Below are positions 1 through 10,135 of a DNA stretch of 64,000 nt, one piece after another. The position numbers were made by a program, and so were the translations under genes. The notes under the pieces were generated by a model. It made no database searches and had not been told where the DNA came from. It saw only the letters and a program-made list of their open reading frames with translations. How positions within the stretch are numbered: the stretch's first letter is position 1; the number at the start of each line of letters is the position of its first letter. This stretch comes from Calditrichia bacterium (lineage in GTDB: Bacteria > Calditrichota > Calditrichia > JAJRVZ01): positions 64,001 through 128,000 of the forward strand of contig CAWCNS010000006.1 of the NCBI GenBank assembly GCA_963796965.1, given 5' to 3'.

Positions 1-155
1 CTATCAGGATTTAGCAGACTATCATCCAATTGCTCTGGTTGTGCTTTTATTTCTTGCAAACATAAAATATCTGCATCTGAATCACGAAACCATTCAATGA
101 ATCCCTTTTGAGACGCCGCCCGGATACCATTTACATTCCAACTATATATTTTCAA
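1..155 (-). CDS. xth: Exodeoxyribonuclease III / AP endonuclease, 5' part (runs off the window); not in the ORF track
   Basis: Manual translation from TTG at 155, after a [49 protein letters not shown]. Contains the SWNVNG and LCLQE motifs of the ExoIII family. Confidence 0.9.
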   Translation of the reverse strand, partial: MKIYSWNVNGIRAASQKGFIEWFRDSDADILCLQEIKAQPEQLDDSLLNPD

Positions 156-316
156 TTTCCTCTCCTTACTTTCCATTATCAAACACCAATGGATTTAATC
201 TTATTCCGAGACTTTATTTATATCACTTTTTGACATGGAGGGTTCAGAAAATCCTCAATAATTTTTCATTTTTTTAAACTCTGAGTTCTCTTTTACTAAC
301 TGCCAAAACTAAATTA

Positions 317-829
317 TTATTTTTCTGCAACTAATTCTCGATATGATTGTGAGAGTAGATGTTCTTTGTTAATATCCAGGATATCCAACAGATAATTCAC
401 TTTCTTCGTTTCTTTCCCCCTGTCATTGAATTTTTCATCCATAACAGCTTCTAATTCCATAAATTCACCCAAACCGGAAACCTGATCTAAGTGAACACGT
501 ACATTCTCATATAAAAATATATCTCTTTCTTTTTCAACAATAACCTGCAACCCAAGCATTTGGGATAATAAGCTTTTTACTTCATCTGAGTTTTTTACTG
601 GAACTATTTGATAGGTTGAACTTTTTGGACCGCAAATATCATCACGAAAATATAAAACCATATACGAACCGGATAGTTTAGATTCCCTCAATTTCATACG
701 CCCTGATTTTGTGTTAAAGTAGGTGTCTACCTGGTGATCTAGTCCAATATATTTATGATCCATTTTTAGTATCTTTTCACGAATAGTGTGTAAATCAGAA
801 ACCCTTGCCTTTATTTCAATATTTTCCAC
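317..829 (-). CDS. cyaB: CYTH-domain protein (class IV adenylate cyclase-like)
   Basis: N-terminal EIKAR, QVDTYF, KLRE, EKER and LDQVSGLGEFMELE motifs typical of CYTH. Confidence 0.85.
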   Translation of the reverse strand: MENIEIKARVSDLHTIREKILKMDHKYIGLDHQVDTYFNTKSGRMKLRESKLSGSYMVLYFRDDICGPKSSTYQIVPVKNSDEVKSLLSQMLGLQVIVEKERDIFLYENVRVHLDQVSGLGEFMELEAVMDEKFNDRGKETKKVNYLLDILDINKEHLLSQSYRELVAEK

Positions 830-844
830 CTACATCTCCTTTAC

Positions 845-888
845 ACTGGGACTGGGTACGGGTACTGGGTACTGGGTACTGGGTACTG
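845..888. repeat. Tandem heptamer array (ACTGGGT)n, about 6 units, some imperfect
   Basis: actggg actgggt acgggt actgggt actgggt actgggt actg read directly. Confidence 0.95.
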
Positions 889-974
889 TAAGTTTTGTTC
901 TTCACCAGGGCTTGTCAATGCAAATCTAATTTAATTCAGCAGAGTCTGCGTATAAAAGGCCCGGCGACTGGAAT

Positions 975-2909
975 TTACTTCACCAGCGTTATCTTCCTCG
1001 TTTCTACATTTTCAGATGTCTTGATAGTACAGTAATAGTTTCCACTGGCAAAGGTCTCTCCATGCCACTCAACCTGATAAATACCAAGAATCTTGCTCTC
1101 ATCCACTAATTTTTTAACCAATTGTCCTAACACATCAAAAATTAGGATTTCAATATGTTCCTTTTTACTAACCTGATATACGATGGTAATTTTATTCTGA
1201 AAAGGATTAGGATAAATATTCAGGAATCCCGATATCTGCGGAATATTATACAGAGGGCCGTTATTAGTATTTAAAATTTTATTCAAAGGATCAATGTCAA
1301 CCTCTGTTACTGTATCGGCGAAATATATCTTTTGTTTGGTAATCCTTTCAGAAACAGGAATAATTATTAATGTGTCCGCGGAAGTTCCTTTGACCAAGAC
1401 TTCCAGATTAAAATGATAAATCGGGTCTTGTTGAAACTGTTCCAGCATAATTGTTGTTATATTTTCTTCTTGCTGCCAGTCTCCTATAATAACGGGCATC
1501 CCACCATAGTTTAGCCATTGATCAAAAAACTTCAACCAGGATTCTCCTGTTACCACTTCTGTGATACGTCTAAGATTTTCGGTGGTGATAGTGCCATACT
1601 TATAGTCTTCATAATAATCACGAATGATTTTTTTAAAGACTGACTCACCTGCTTCAAACCTGAGCATATGCAAGATCCAAGCCCCCTTCATATACACCGC
1701 ATTACCAAACATATACCTTTCTGGGGGATCATAAATGGGATAAGGTAAAGATCCATCTGAATTCATCTTGTTTTTATAGAGATCCATCTGCTGCTGGTAG
1801 GCTTCTTCACCATACTTATATTCAGTAAAGAGGGCATCAAAGTATGAAGCAAAACCTTCATTCAGCCAAATATCGACAAAGGTTTTAGGGGTTAATGCGT
1901 CGCCCCACCATTGATGGGCAAGTTCGTGGGCAATAACCCCAACATTATCCATAACAAAATCGCCCATCGTTGTTGCTGTTTGATTTTCCATGGCGGCTGC
2001 CTCACGAAAGGGCACTTCGACCATGTCATATTTTTCAAGCAGGAAGGGATAGTCACCTATAAATTCACTAAAAAAAACAAGCATCTCTTTAGTCCATAAA
2101 AGTGCTTGAGCCCCTCTATCCAGATCCGGAGAATATACCCAGTAGGCTAGAGGAATTACTTTAGATTCCCAGACAAATTCATCAGCAGCTATTTTGTAGG
2201 GTCCTGCCGCAATTGAAATAAGATAAGTGGCTATTGGATAATTTTCATACCAAGCAAATATTGTAGATCCAGGACCTGCATTGCTTTGCCCCATCAGGGT
2301 ACCATTGCTCAAAGCAATCATTGGTGTGGGGACATTTACTGTCACAGAAGAGGTTGCTTTGTCTGCGGGTTGATCCTTACACGGAAACCAATAATGGGCA
2401 TCATAGGGTTCGTTATGCGAATAAACAATCATTTCACCATAAGCATTTGGTCTAAAATATAATCCTTTTAGGGGTTTTCCCTGATAACAAAAAGACACCT
2501 GTTGTGTATCGCCAGCAACAATTGTTGCGGATGGATATACAGTTAATAATTCATTTTCTCTACTAAAGGAGGCCTTATTGGGACCAATAAAAACTGAATC
2601 CAATTGCAATCCGGCAAAATCAAACAATAGGTTTGTCTCAATATTAACAACAGGTAACAACACTATTTCTACAAAACCGATAATTTCATTGTCATTAGGA
2701 TCAATGGAGAGATTAATCTGGTAGTGTATGACATCATAGTTGGCCAAGGATTGGCGCAGAGGATTTAATTTAAATCTATTTTGTTCTTTGGTCGCCTGGT
2801 ATGACTTATTAGGGGGAGTTGTATCAATCGTTTCAATTTGCGCATAAGCGATCCCCAGGGATGCCAGAAATAAAGCGGGGATAAAAAACTTTTTGGTGAG
2901 CCCAGTCAT
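975..2909 (-). CDS. Secreted M1-family zinc aminopeptidase with C-terminal Por/T9SS-type sorting domain
   Basis: AAMEN, HELAHQWW..WLNEGFASY zinc motif, YMKGAW. Signal peptide from ATG 2909. C-terminal IYPNPF...GNYY...KITLVK. Confidence 0.9.
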   Translation of the reverse strand: MTGLTKKFFIPALFLASLGIAYAQIETIDTTPPNKSYQATKEQNRFKLNPLRQSLANYDVIHYQINLSIDPNDNEIIGFVEIVLLPVVNIETNLLFDFAGLQLDSVFIGPNKASFSRENELLTVYPSATIVAGDTQQVSFCYQGKPLKGLYFRPNAYGEMIVYSHNEPYDAHYWFPCKDQPADKATSSVTVNVPTPMIALSNGTLMGQSNAGPGSTIFAWYENYPIATYLISIAAGPYKIAADEFVWESKVIPLAYWVYSPDLDRGAQALLWTKEMLVFFSEFIGDYPFLLEKYDMVEVPFREAAAMENQTATTMGDFVMDNVGVIAHELAHQWWGDALTPKTFVDIWLNEGFASYFDALFTEYKYGEEAYQQQMDLYKNKMNSDGSLPYPIYDPPERYMFGNAVYMKGAWILHMLRFEAGESVFKKIIRDYYEDYKYGTITTENLRRITEVVTGESWLKFFDQWLNYGGMPVIIGDWQQEENITTIMLEQFQQDPIYHFNLEVLVKGTSADTLIIIPVSERITKQKIYFADTVTEVDIDPLNKILNTNNGPLYNIPQISGFLNIYPNPFQNKITIVYQVSKKEHIEILIFDVLGQLVKKLVDESKILGIYQVEWHGETFASGNYYCTIKTSENVETRKITLVK

Positions 2910-3154
2910 ATATAAGACCTTGAGTTTAAGAACGCATTTTTTTGCTTGCAAAACATCAGTAAATGATCGACCTTTGAATAGAGAGGAAACGATTCAACAA
3001 ATACTGTCCCTTTAAAATGTTACTCTTGATGCGAATATACAGATTTAACAAAAAAAAGGGGAATATTTTGAATACGGATAAAAATAATAAATTGTATTTA
3101 AGAATAAATTAATTTACTTTTCATGTATGTTAATAATTTCTGCGGAGGAATATT

Positions 3155-3469
3155 ATGGCAGGCAGCGGCGATAGTTTTTTTAAGGGATTTGTATTTGGCA
3201 GTATTCTCGGAGGAATCATTGGTGTTTTACTTGCTCCAAAAAGCGGGAAAGATATGCGCGAAGAATTAGGAGAAGAGGCAGGAAAAATATTTGACCATGG
3301 CAAGTCAGATTTTGAGAATGCCCGTAAAGCAGCGATGAAGTCATTCGAACAAGGACGTGACAAGATCATTGAGAAGATGACAAAAGATGAAGTCGAAGAA
3401 GACTCCCCGGTTATCGAAGAAGAAAAACCGAAGAGAAAGCCTCGTAAGCCTAAATCGAAAACTGAATAA
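3155..3469 (+). CDS. YtxH-domain protein
   Basis: FFKGFVFGSILGGIIGVLLAPKSGKDMRE signature; GGAGG RBS. Confidence 0.85.
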   Translation: MAGSGDSFFKGFVFGSILGGIIGVLLAPKSGKDMREELGEEAGKIFDHGKSDFENARKAAMKSFEQGRDKIIEKMTKDEVEEDSPVIEEEKPKRKPRKPKSKTE

Positions 3470-3535
3470 TCAAATACTATAACAAGTTGAAAACTATTTA
3501 TTGTCTTGAGCGGCAACTAGTTTAAGGAGTAAAAT

Positions 3536-3916
3536 ATGGCCTGGGAAGTTGCACTTGTGGTTCTATTGCTTGTGCTTACCGTATTAGTAATATTACTAAT
3601 TCCTACAGTCGTTAGTTTTTACAGAGCCCTGGGTAAGCTATCGAAAACCCTGGATGAATTAAATCGTGAATTACCTCAAATTTTGCACAATGTCGGGGAT
3701 ATAACAAATCAGACGTCCCAGGCATCACGGACTCTTAATGGTGTTGTAGACAATATTGCTGAGTTTGAACAACAAGTTTCCAATGAGATTAAGCAGCCTG
3801 CTTTGGAAGTTGTGGCAACACTAGGCGGTTTATTCAGAGGGCTTCAAACATTTATGACTTATTTTATACGAAAAGAAAGTAAATATTTTTGTTATATTCA
3901 TAGCCAACCCTTATAA
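3536..3916 (+). CDS. DUF948/YoxC-like single-TM coiled-coil membrane protein
   Basis: N-terminal TM then coiled coil; follows the YtxH gene; AAGGAG RBS. Confidence 0.65.
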   Translation: MAWEVALVVLLLVLTVLVILLIPTVVSFYRALGKLSKTLDELNRELPQILHNVGDITNQTSQASRTLNGVVDNIAEFEQQVSNEIKQPALEVVATLGGLFRGLQTFMTYFIRKESKYFCYIHSQPL

Positions 3917-5275
3917 ATTATATTTATTCACTTTATTTCTCATCGTTCTGATGCTAAACCCCAAACGTTTAGCTGCATGTGTTTTATTACCCTTTGATTT
4001 ATCTAAAGCCTTCTTTATAATCAACTTTTCTGCATATTCTAATTGATCTTTGTATCTCATACCATCCATTTGACCAAAATCAGGTAAATTGGAATTGCTT
4101 TTACTTGATTTAATATAAAATGGTAAGTCCTCTGGAGAAATACATTTCTTCTCTGTTAAGACAATAGCATTTTCAAGTGCATTTTCAAGTTCTCTCACAT
4201 TTCCCGGCCAGGAGTATTTCATACAGATATCTAATGCTTCAGAATCTATCCCTTCAATTTCTTTATTATTTTTTTGAGCAAAAATCTGAATAAAATGCTC
4301 AATTAATGGACCGATATCTTCTGGCCTGTCACGTAAAGCCGGAATATTTATCGGTATAACATTTAATCGATAATAAAGATCTTCACGAAATTTCCCACCC
4401 CTCATTTTCTCTTCAAGATCTGCATTTGTTGCCGCCAAAAGACGTACATCAACAGAGATAGACCCTGTACCCCCAACCCTATTAAATTTTTTTTCCTGCA
4501 GAAAACGCAATAGTTTTACTTGTACATTTAAAGAGAGATCACCAATCTCATCCAGAAATATTGTTCCACTATCAGCACTTTCAAATTTACCTTTCATTGT
4601 TTTATGTGCACCGGTAAAAGCGCCCTTTTCATGTCCAAATAATTCACTTTCGAGTAAGGTCTCGGGAATGGAGGAGCAGTTAAGTTCCATCAACTTATTA
4701 TTTTTCCGCGGACTGTTAAAATGTATTGCCCGGGCTATTAGTTCTTTACCTGTTCCACTTTCTCCTCTTATCAAAATTGTAGCATCGGATTCTGATATCT
4801 TACTTACCTTTCGAAAGACTTCCTGCATTTTTCCACTGCTACCTATGATATTCTCATATTGATATTTTTTTTCAATTTTATCTTTTAGTGAATTGTACTC
4901 GGCATGTAATTTGTATTGATTAATCGCCTTTTTAAGCACTATCAATAATTCATCAATATCGATGGGTTTTGTTAGATAGTCGTATATGCCCTTTTTCATT
5001 GCACTTACAGCATGTTTAACAGAGCCAAAGGCCGTCATCATAACTACCAGTAAATCTTTTTGTTCCCTCCAAACCTGATTAGCCAATTCAAGTCCATCGA
5101 AATCAGGAAGAACCAAATCAGTAAGCATAACGGTAAACATGCCGTTCTTGACTTCCCGTAAAGCACTTTTACCGTCAATAGCTTTAATTACTTCGTAATT
5201 CTCCATACTGAGAATTTCAGCTAATCCTTCCAGAGTATTACGATCATCTTCAACTATTAAAATCCGATCCATCAT
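3911..5275 (-). CDS. NtrC/AtoC-family sigma-54-dependent response regulator
   Basis: Receiver domain, GESGTGKE Walker A, ESELFGHEKGAFTGA, WPGNVRELEN, C-terminal Fis-type HTH. Confidence 0.95.
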   Translation of the reverse strand: MMDRILIVEDDRNTLEGLAEILSMENYEVIKAIDGKSALREVKNGMFTVMLTDLVLPDFDGLELANQVWREQKDLLVVMMTAFGSVKHAVSAMKKGIYDYLTKPIDIDELLIVLKKAINQYKLHAEYNSLKDKIEKKYQYENIIGSSGKMQEVFRKVSKISESDATILIRGESGTGKELIARAIHFNSPRKNNKLMELNCSSIPETLLESELFGHEKGAFTGAHKTMKGKFESADSGTIFLDEIGDLSLNVQVKLLRFLQEKKFNRVGGTGSISVDVRLLAATNADLEEKMRGGKFREDLYYRLNVIPINIPALRDRPEDIGPLIEHFIQIFAQKNNKEIEGIDSEALDICMKYSWPGNVRELENALENAIVLTEKKCISPEDLPFYIKSSKSNSNLPDFGQMDGMRYKDQLEYAEKLIIKKALDKSKGNKTHAAKRLGFSIRTMRNKVNKYNL

Positions 5276-7142
5276 TCAGACTCCGTCCGAATTTTCTTAT
5301 TGGAGGGTATCTCCCGCTTTTTTTCAATGCTCGGTATATTAACGATAATGTTTGTTCCCTCTCCCATTTTGCTTTCTACCTGAATGTTGCCGAAATGAGC
5401 TTCAATTATCTGTCTTGCTATGGCCAACCCTAGACCCGTCCCGGTTTTTTTCATTGTGTAATACATTTCAAAGATATCTGAGATCTTTTCAGTCGGGATA
5501 CCCATACCAGTGTCTTTAAATTCAATACGAAGCATGGTGGTAGATTTTCCGGTATTACTTTTTATTCTTTTTATACTCGTTTTAATCGTAAGTTCACCGC
5601 CACCAGGCATTGCTTGGAGGGCATTGATAATGATATTATGATAAACCTGCATCATCTGATCACGATCCACATTTGCTAAATATTTCTTTTTATAGAACTG
5701 TCTTTTAATCTCTACCTTCTGTTGTTCTGCATTGGCTCTATGCATAAGGATAGCGGCATCTAAAATATTATGGATATCATTGGGAAGGAAATCGAATCTG
5801 GGAGGTCGAGATATCATCAAAAAGTTTTTGATCAAATTATCCATCCGGTTAATTTCTGACACAATGATATCAAAATATTTTTGTTTTTTTTCTGCATTTC
5901 CCAGGGGATTTTCCATCTCCCTTTTTAATATTTGCATATTGATGTTCATACTATTTAAGGGATTCCGGATCTCATGGCTAACTAAAGTGGCAAACTTGCT
6001 CATGGCAGCAAGTCTTTCAATTCGTCGTAATTTTCGCTGGTTTTCTGACAAGGTGGCCGCCATCGAATTAAATTCTTGTGCTAAAACACCAATTTCTTCA
6101 TATTTCTCGATAGTTATTCTAAAATCCAGATTCCCCTCAGCATATCTTTTTACACCACGGATAAGGGTCGTGATCGGGTGCAGTAATTCTCTTTTCCAGA
6201 GAAATAAGCCAATAAATTTGCTACTATAATTACCAGCGCAACAAAGGCAAAAACCTGGTATAGCATGGTACTGGCCACTTCAAAAGCTTCATCAATAGGC
6301 TGCTGGATAACGATAACCCAATCGAACTCCTCGATATAGGCAAATGTGCCCAGCATGGCTACACCTTCCGGTGAAAGAAATACTCTCGAGCTTGCTGTCG
6401 CCTGTTTCATATCATTAATGAAGTCAAGATCGAAAACCTTTATTTTATCCGGATGGGCAATCAATTCCCCGATTCCGGATACAACAAATGCATTACCCGA
6501 CTCTCCAACTTCAATTTCGTCAACCAGTTCCCAAATACTTTTTAAATTAATTTCAGCTACTAAAACACCTTTGATCTGGCCAAATTGCTTAATCGGATGC
6601 GATATCACAATGAAGGGTTCCTGATCTTTGTTAAATTTTACTGAAGAGGAGGAGTCTATGCCCTGAACTGTCTGGATAAAGAAATCCTCATGAGCATAAG
6701 CTGTTTCATGCGGTCCAAAGTCAGATGTACTAATTTCACGTCCTAAGGTGTCAATTGTAAAGATACGATCAAATATGGGTTGATATATAGTTATAACTTT
6801 ATTTAGAATTAAACTTTGGGTGAAGGAATTCATGTCCTGAATATCCTTCGTCTCCAGAAGTGTTTTTAAAAGTTTGTTGGGGATTTCAAGGAATAACTTT
6901 ATTTCATTTCCAGCCCGGCGAGCAATCAGGCTATGTTGGTTTTTTGTATATTCAGAAATGGATTCCTGTGTGATAGAACGCATAAAGAGACCAACGATGA
7001 TAAGAGGTAATGCAGAGAGCATCGTTAGTGTAAATAACAATCGTGTACTCAATCTTTTGAAAAACGGGGGTTTGATGGAGCGTTTAAAAATTCTTAATCG
7101 GGCCCTAGTTCTTCTGTTTTTGTTTTGGGATGTACCACTCAT
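5272..7142 (-). CDS. Sensor histidine kinase (TM-dCache-TM-HAMP-HisKA-HATPase), frameshifted near 6180-6200
   Basis: ORFs 6150..7142 and 5272..6063 join through a HAMP region (PITTLIRGVKRYAEGNLDFRI...EEIGVLAQEFNSM). HEIRNPL H-box, DTGMGI and GTGLGL boxes. Confidence 0.88.
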
Positions 7143-8734
7143 TTTTGGGATTTATTTTTTCCACATATACCAATTTTTGATAGATCCTATTTGTTACATT
7201 TTCAAACCGGTCATTTATGGCATAAGAGATTAGATTCTCATAAAATAGATATATGCAGGGTGATAATTGGTTTATTTGTACCTGCATTTGTTGCATGATG
7301 GTTCCGACTTGCTCGATATTTGTTGCTCTTTCAATCTGGTTAACAGCTGTGTTCATAACCCGGTCATTAAAATTTTGAAAGTTATTCTCTGTCTTCAATT
7401 CATTAAGATAAAACTCTCTCAATGCATGGACTGGCAATTTTGGATTATAGACAAATGAACGAAGAGCGGCCTGGTAATTACCTTGATTTACCAATGCTTC
7501 AAGATCGGCAGGACTTTTAGGCTTTGGGATTATATTTATACCCAACTCAGCCAGGTTAATTGAGACCATTCTGGCTATTGATTCTTCAAAGGAAGATCCT
7601 TCAGAATAATAAAAATCAAATTTGAGTTCACGATTATTCTGAAATAATTTTCCATTCGATTGCTTGCGATAACCGCCAGACTTTAGGATATCCAAACTTT
7701 GTAAAGGATCATACCTGTAAACACGTGTCCCTGGAAAGAAAAAATCAGAACTCTCATCAAATAGATTATAAGCAACTTGCCCATCTTTACCTAACATCCT
7801 ATCAACCAACTGCTTTTTATATACCCCATAGTTAAAAGCCCGGCGGATGCTCATATCATTGAATGGACTTGTTCTGGTGTTTAGTAAGATAAAGTAAAGT
7901 TTAACCTCGTCTCTTCGGATCGATTTGATTTTAGTCGATGGCGTAAGCCGTTTTATTTTTCTTACAGAAGATGCGTTCTGAACTGCCATGACATCGATTT
8001 GTCCTCTGATAAATGCATCAACCATTTTTTCATATGTAGAATAAAATAGAATAGTGATGCCATCCAGGTTAGAACGGCCTTTGTAATGGTTCATATGAGT
8101 GCTTAGTTCAATCTGTGATCCAATATTTCTATCCAGGACATAATGTCCATTACCAATTGGGGGAGAGATGTCGGGAAGACTTGAGAGTAAATTAAAATTA
8201 AGCCATTTTTCATAATGCTTCTTTGGGAGTATTGGAAGTATTCCTATCGTTTCCCGAAAGTTTGAGTATTTTTCTTTGAGTATTATACTCAGAGTTTTAT
8301 CATCTATAATATTCACAGCATTAACCAAACGCATATCAAATAAAAGAGGCGATTGAAGAGAAAATTTTTTATAAAGATCATAAGTAAACTTCACATCTTC
8401 AGTCTGTAATCGGAGAGTCGTCATGAAAATAAACGTTTGATTTTAAACTTATGCGATATGTTTTTGACTGTTCACGAATATTTGTGGAAGCGACTAATCC
8501 CTGAACAATTCTTCCTTCCTTCGCTTTGCGAAACAGACCATCACCAAAGATTAACTTATTAATTTCTCGCTCGTAATCGGTTCGGGCAATCATCGGATTA
8601 AATTGAGGAGATTGAACCAAGACATAACCCAACCTCAAACGGCCACCTGTAGCTGGTTGTATATTCTGCTGGGAATATAAATCCTCACCATCAAGAACTA
8701 TTAAGCAAAACATTATTAAAAGTACTCTATACAA
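7105..8734 (-). CDS. Family 5 (Opp/Dpp-type) solute-binding protein, frameshifted near 8405
   Basis: Signal peptide; LKSNVYFHDDSPIT continues as TEDVKFTYD after removing one base; PIGNGHY and PFNDMSIRRAF motifs. Confidence 0.85.
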
Positions 8735-8993
8735 CCTTAGGATTCTCCGACTGATTAACTGCTGAATAAAGATGATAATAAAATTTTAGAATAGAGGCAA
8801 TAAAATTAGTCTAAATATCTATATTAAGATCGGTAACGAATAATCCGGGATATTCAAAAAACCTTGATTATCATCTTCTACTTTTTTAAACTTTTTGTCT
8901 AGGTTAATATTTTTACCTAATTAGATCATTATACAACCTTTGGGTAGATTTAACGTCGCTAATCATATAAAGTTTAATTTTTCAGGAGAAGAA

Positions 8994-9917
8994 ATGGGAA
9001 CACCTTTAGGAAAATACATATGGCATAATGGCAGTTACATCGAATGGGACAATGCGAATATCCACGTTATGTCTCATGTTATTCATTATGGGTCATCTGT
9101 GTTTGAAGGTATTCGTGCCTATGAAACCCATTTAGGCCCTGCCGGATACAGACTAGAAGATCATATAAAAAGACTTTTTGATTCCGCGAAGATCTACCGG
9201 ATGGATTTACCCTTTACTCCTGAAGACATTGTTCAGGCCTGTGTCGATACGGTTAAAAAAAATGGGTTTGGGGCATGCTACATCCGCCCGGTTGCTTTTA
9301 GAGGTTACGGAGCCTTTGGCGTTAATCCTTTGGATAACCCCATTGAGACCTATATTGCCACCTGGGAATGGGGTGCCTATCTTGGTAGTGACGCTCTTGA
9401 GAAGGGCGTTGATGTTTGTTTCTCAAGTTGGGGAAGATTTGCTCCCAACACCTTACCTGCATTAGCCAAATGTGGGGCTAATTATATGAACTCACAATTG
9501 ATTAAAATGGAAGCAATCCAAAATGGTTATACGGAAGGGATTGCCCTTGATAATCAAGGATATATTTCTGAAGGAAGTGGTGAAAATATATTCCTAATTA
9601 GAAATGGAGTCATCTTTACTCCTCCCCTCAGTGCATCTATTTTACCTGGCCTTACCAGAGGAACAGTGATTGAAATCGTAAAAGATCTGGGATATGAACT
9701 TCGGGAGGAAATGCTCCCTAGAGAATCAATTTTTATTGCCGATGAAGCATTCTTCACAGGAACAGCTGCCGAGATAACACCCATACGCAGTGTTGATAAG
9801 ATAATTATTGGAGAAGGAAAACGAGGACGTATTACAGAAAAAATTCAAGAAGAATTTTTTAAAATATTCAATGGCAAAAGAGAAGTCCCTGAAAATTGGC
9901 TTACACCAATTAAATAG
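8994..9917 (+). CDS. ilvE: Branched-chain amino acid aminotransferase
   Basis: HYGSSVFEGIRAY, EGSGENIF, ILPGLTR, GTAAEITPI. ATG 8994 follows AGGAG. Confidence 0.95.
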   Translation: MGTPLGKYIWHNGSYIEWDNANIHVMSHVIHYGSSVFEGIRAYETHLGPAGYRLEDHIKRLFDSAKIYRMDLPFTPEDIVQACVDTVKKNGFGACYIRPVAFRGYGAFGVNPLDNPIETYIATWEWGAYLGSDALEKGVDVCFSSWGRFAPNTLPALAKCGANYMNSQLIKMEAIQNGYTEGIALDNQGYISEGSGENIFLIRNGVIFTPPLSASILPGLTRGTVIEIVKDLGYELREEMLPRESIFIADEAFFTGTAAEITPIRSVDKIIIGEGKRGRITEKIQEEFFKIFNGKREVPENWLTPIK

Positions 9918-10135
9918 TTACGACTTCATTTGACGATTTTGATATTTTTAATAACAGAATCTTTTATCATTCTTATGCTCATGGGACTGTAAGGACACTA
10001 ATTTAAGCTGATGTGAAAATTTTAGAATCAACCACGGAGTTATATAGACTTTCACAATCTCTATGTCACGTCTTTCCAGTTATAATAATAGTATGCATCT
10101 TCATTCCCTTATTATACTAATCATAATTTAAACTC

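Noticed and set aside
317..829. CYTH cyclase as a CBASS/Pycsar-type signalling enzyme
   Set aside because: Ordinary CYTH fold among housekeeping genes with no adjacent effector.
3130..3516. Antisense ORF and the many similar shadow ORFs (e.g. 5732..6229, 26789..27181, 45904..46446, 50283..50699)
   Set aside because: They lie opposite or out of frame within well-supported genes and show no motifs.
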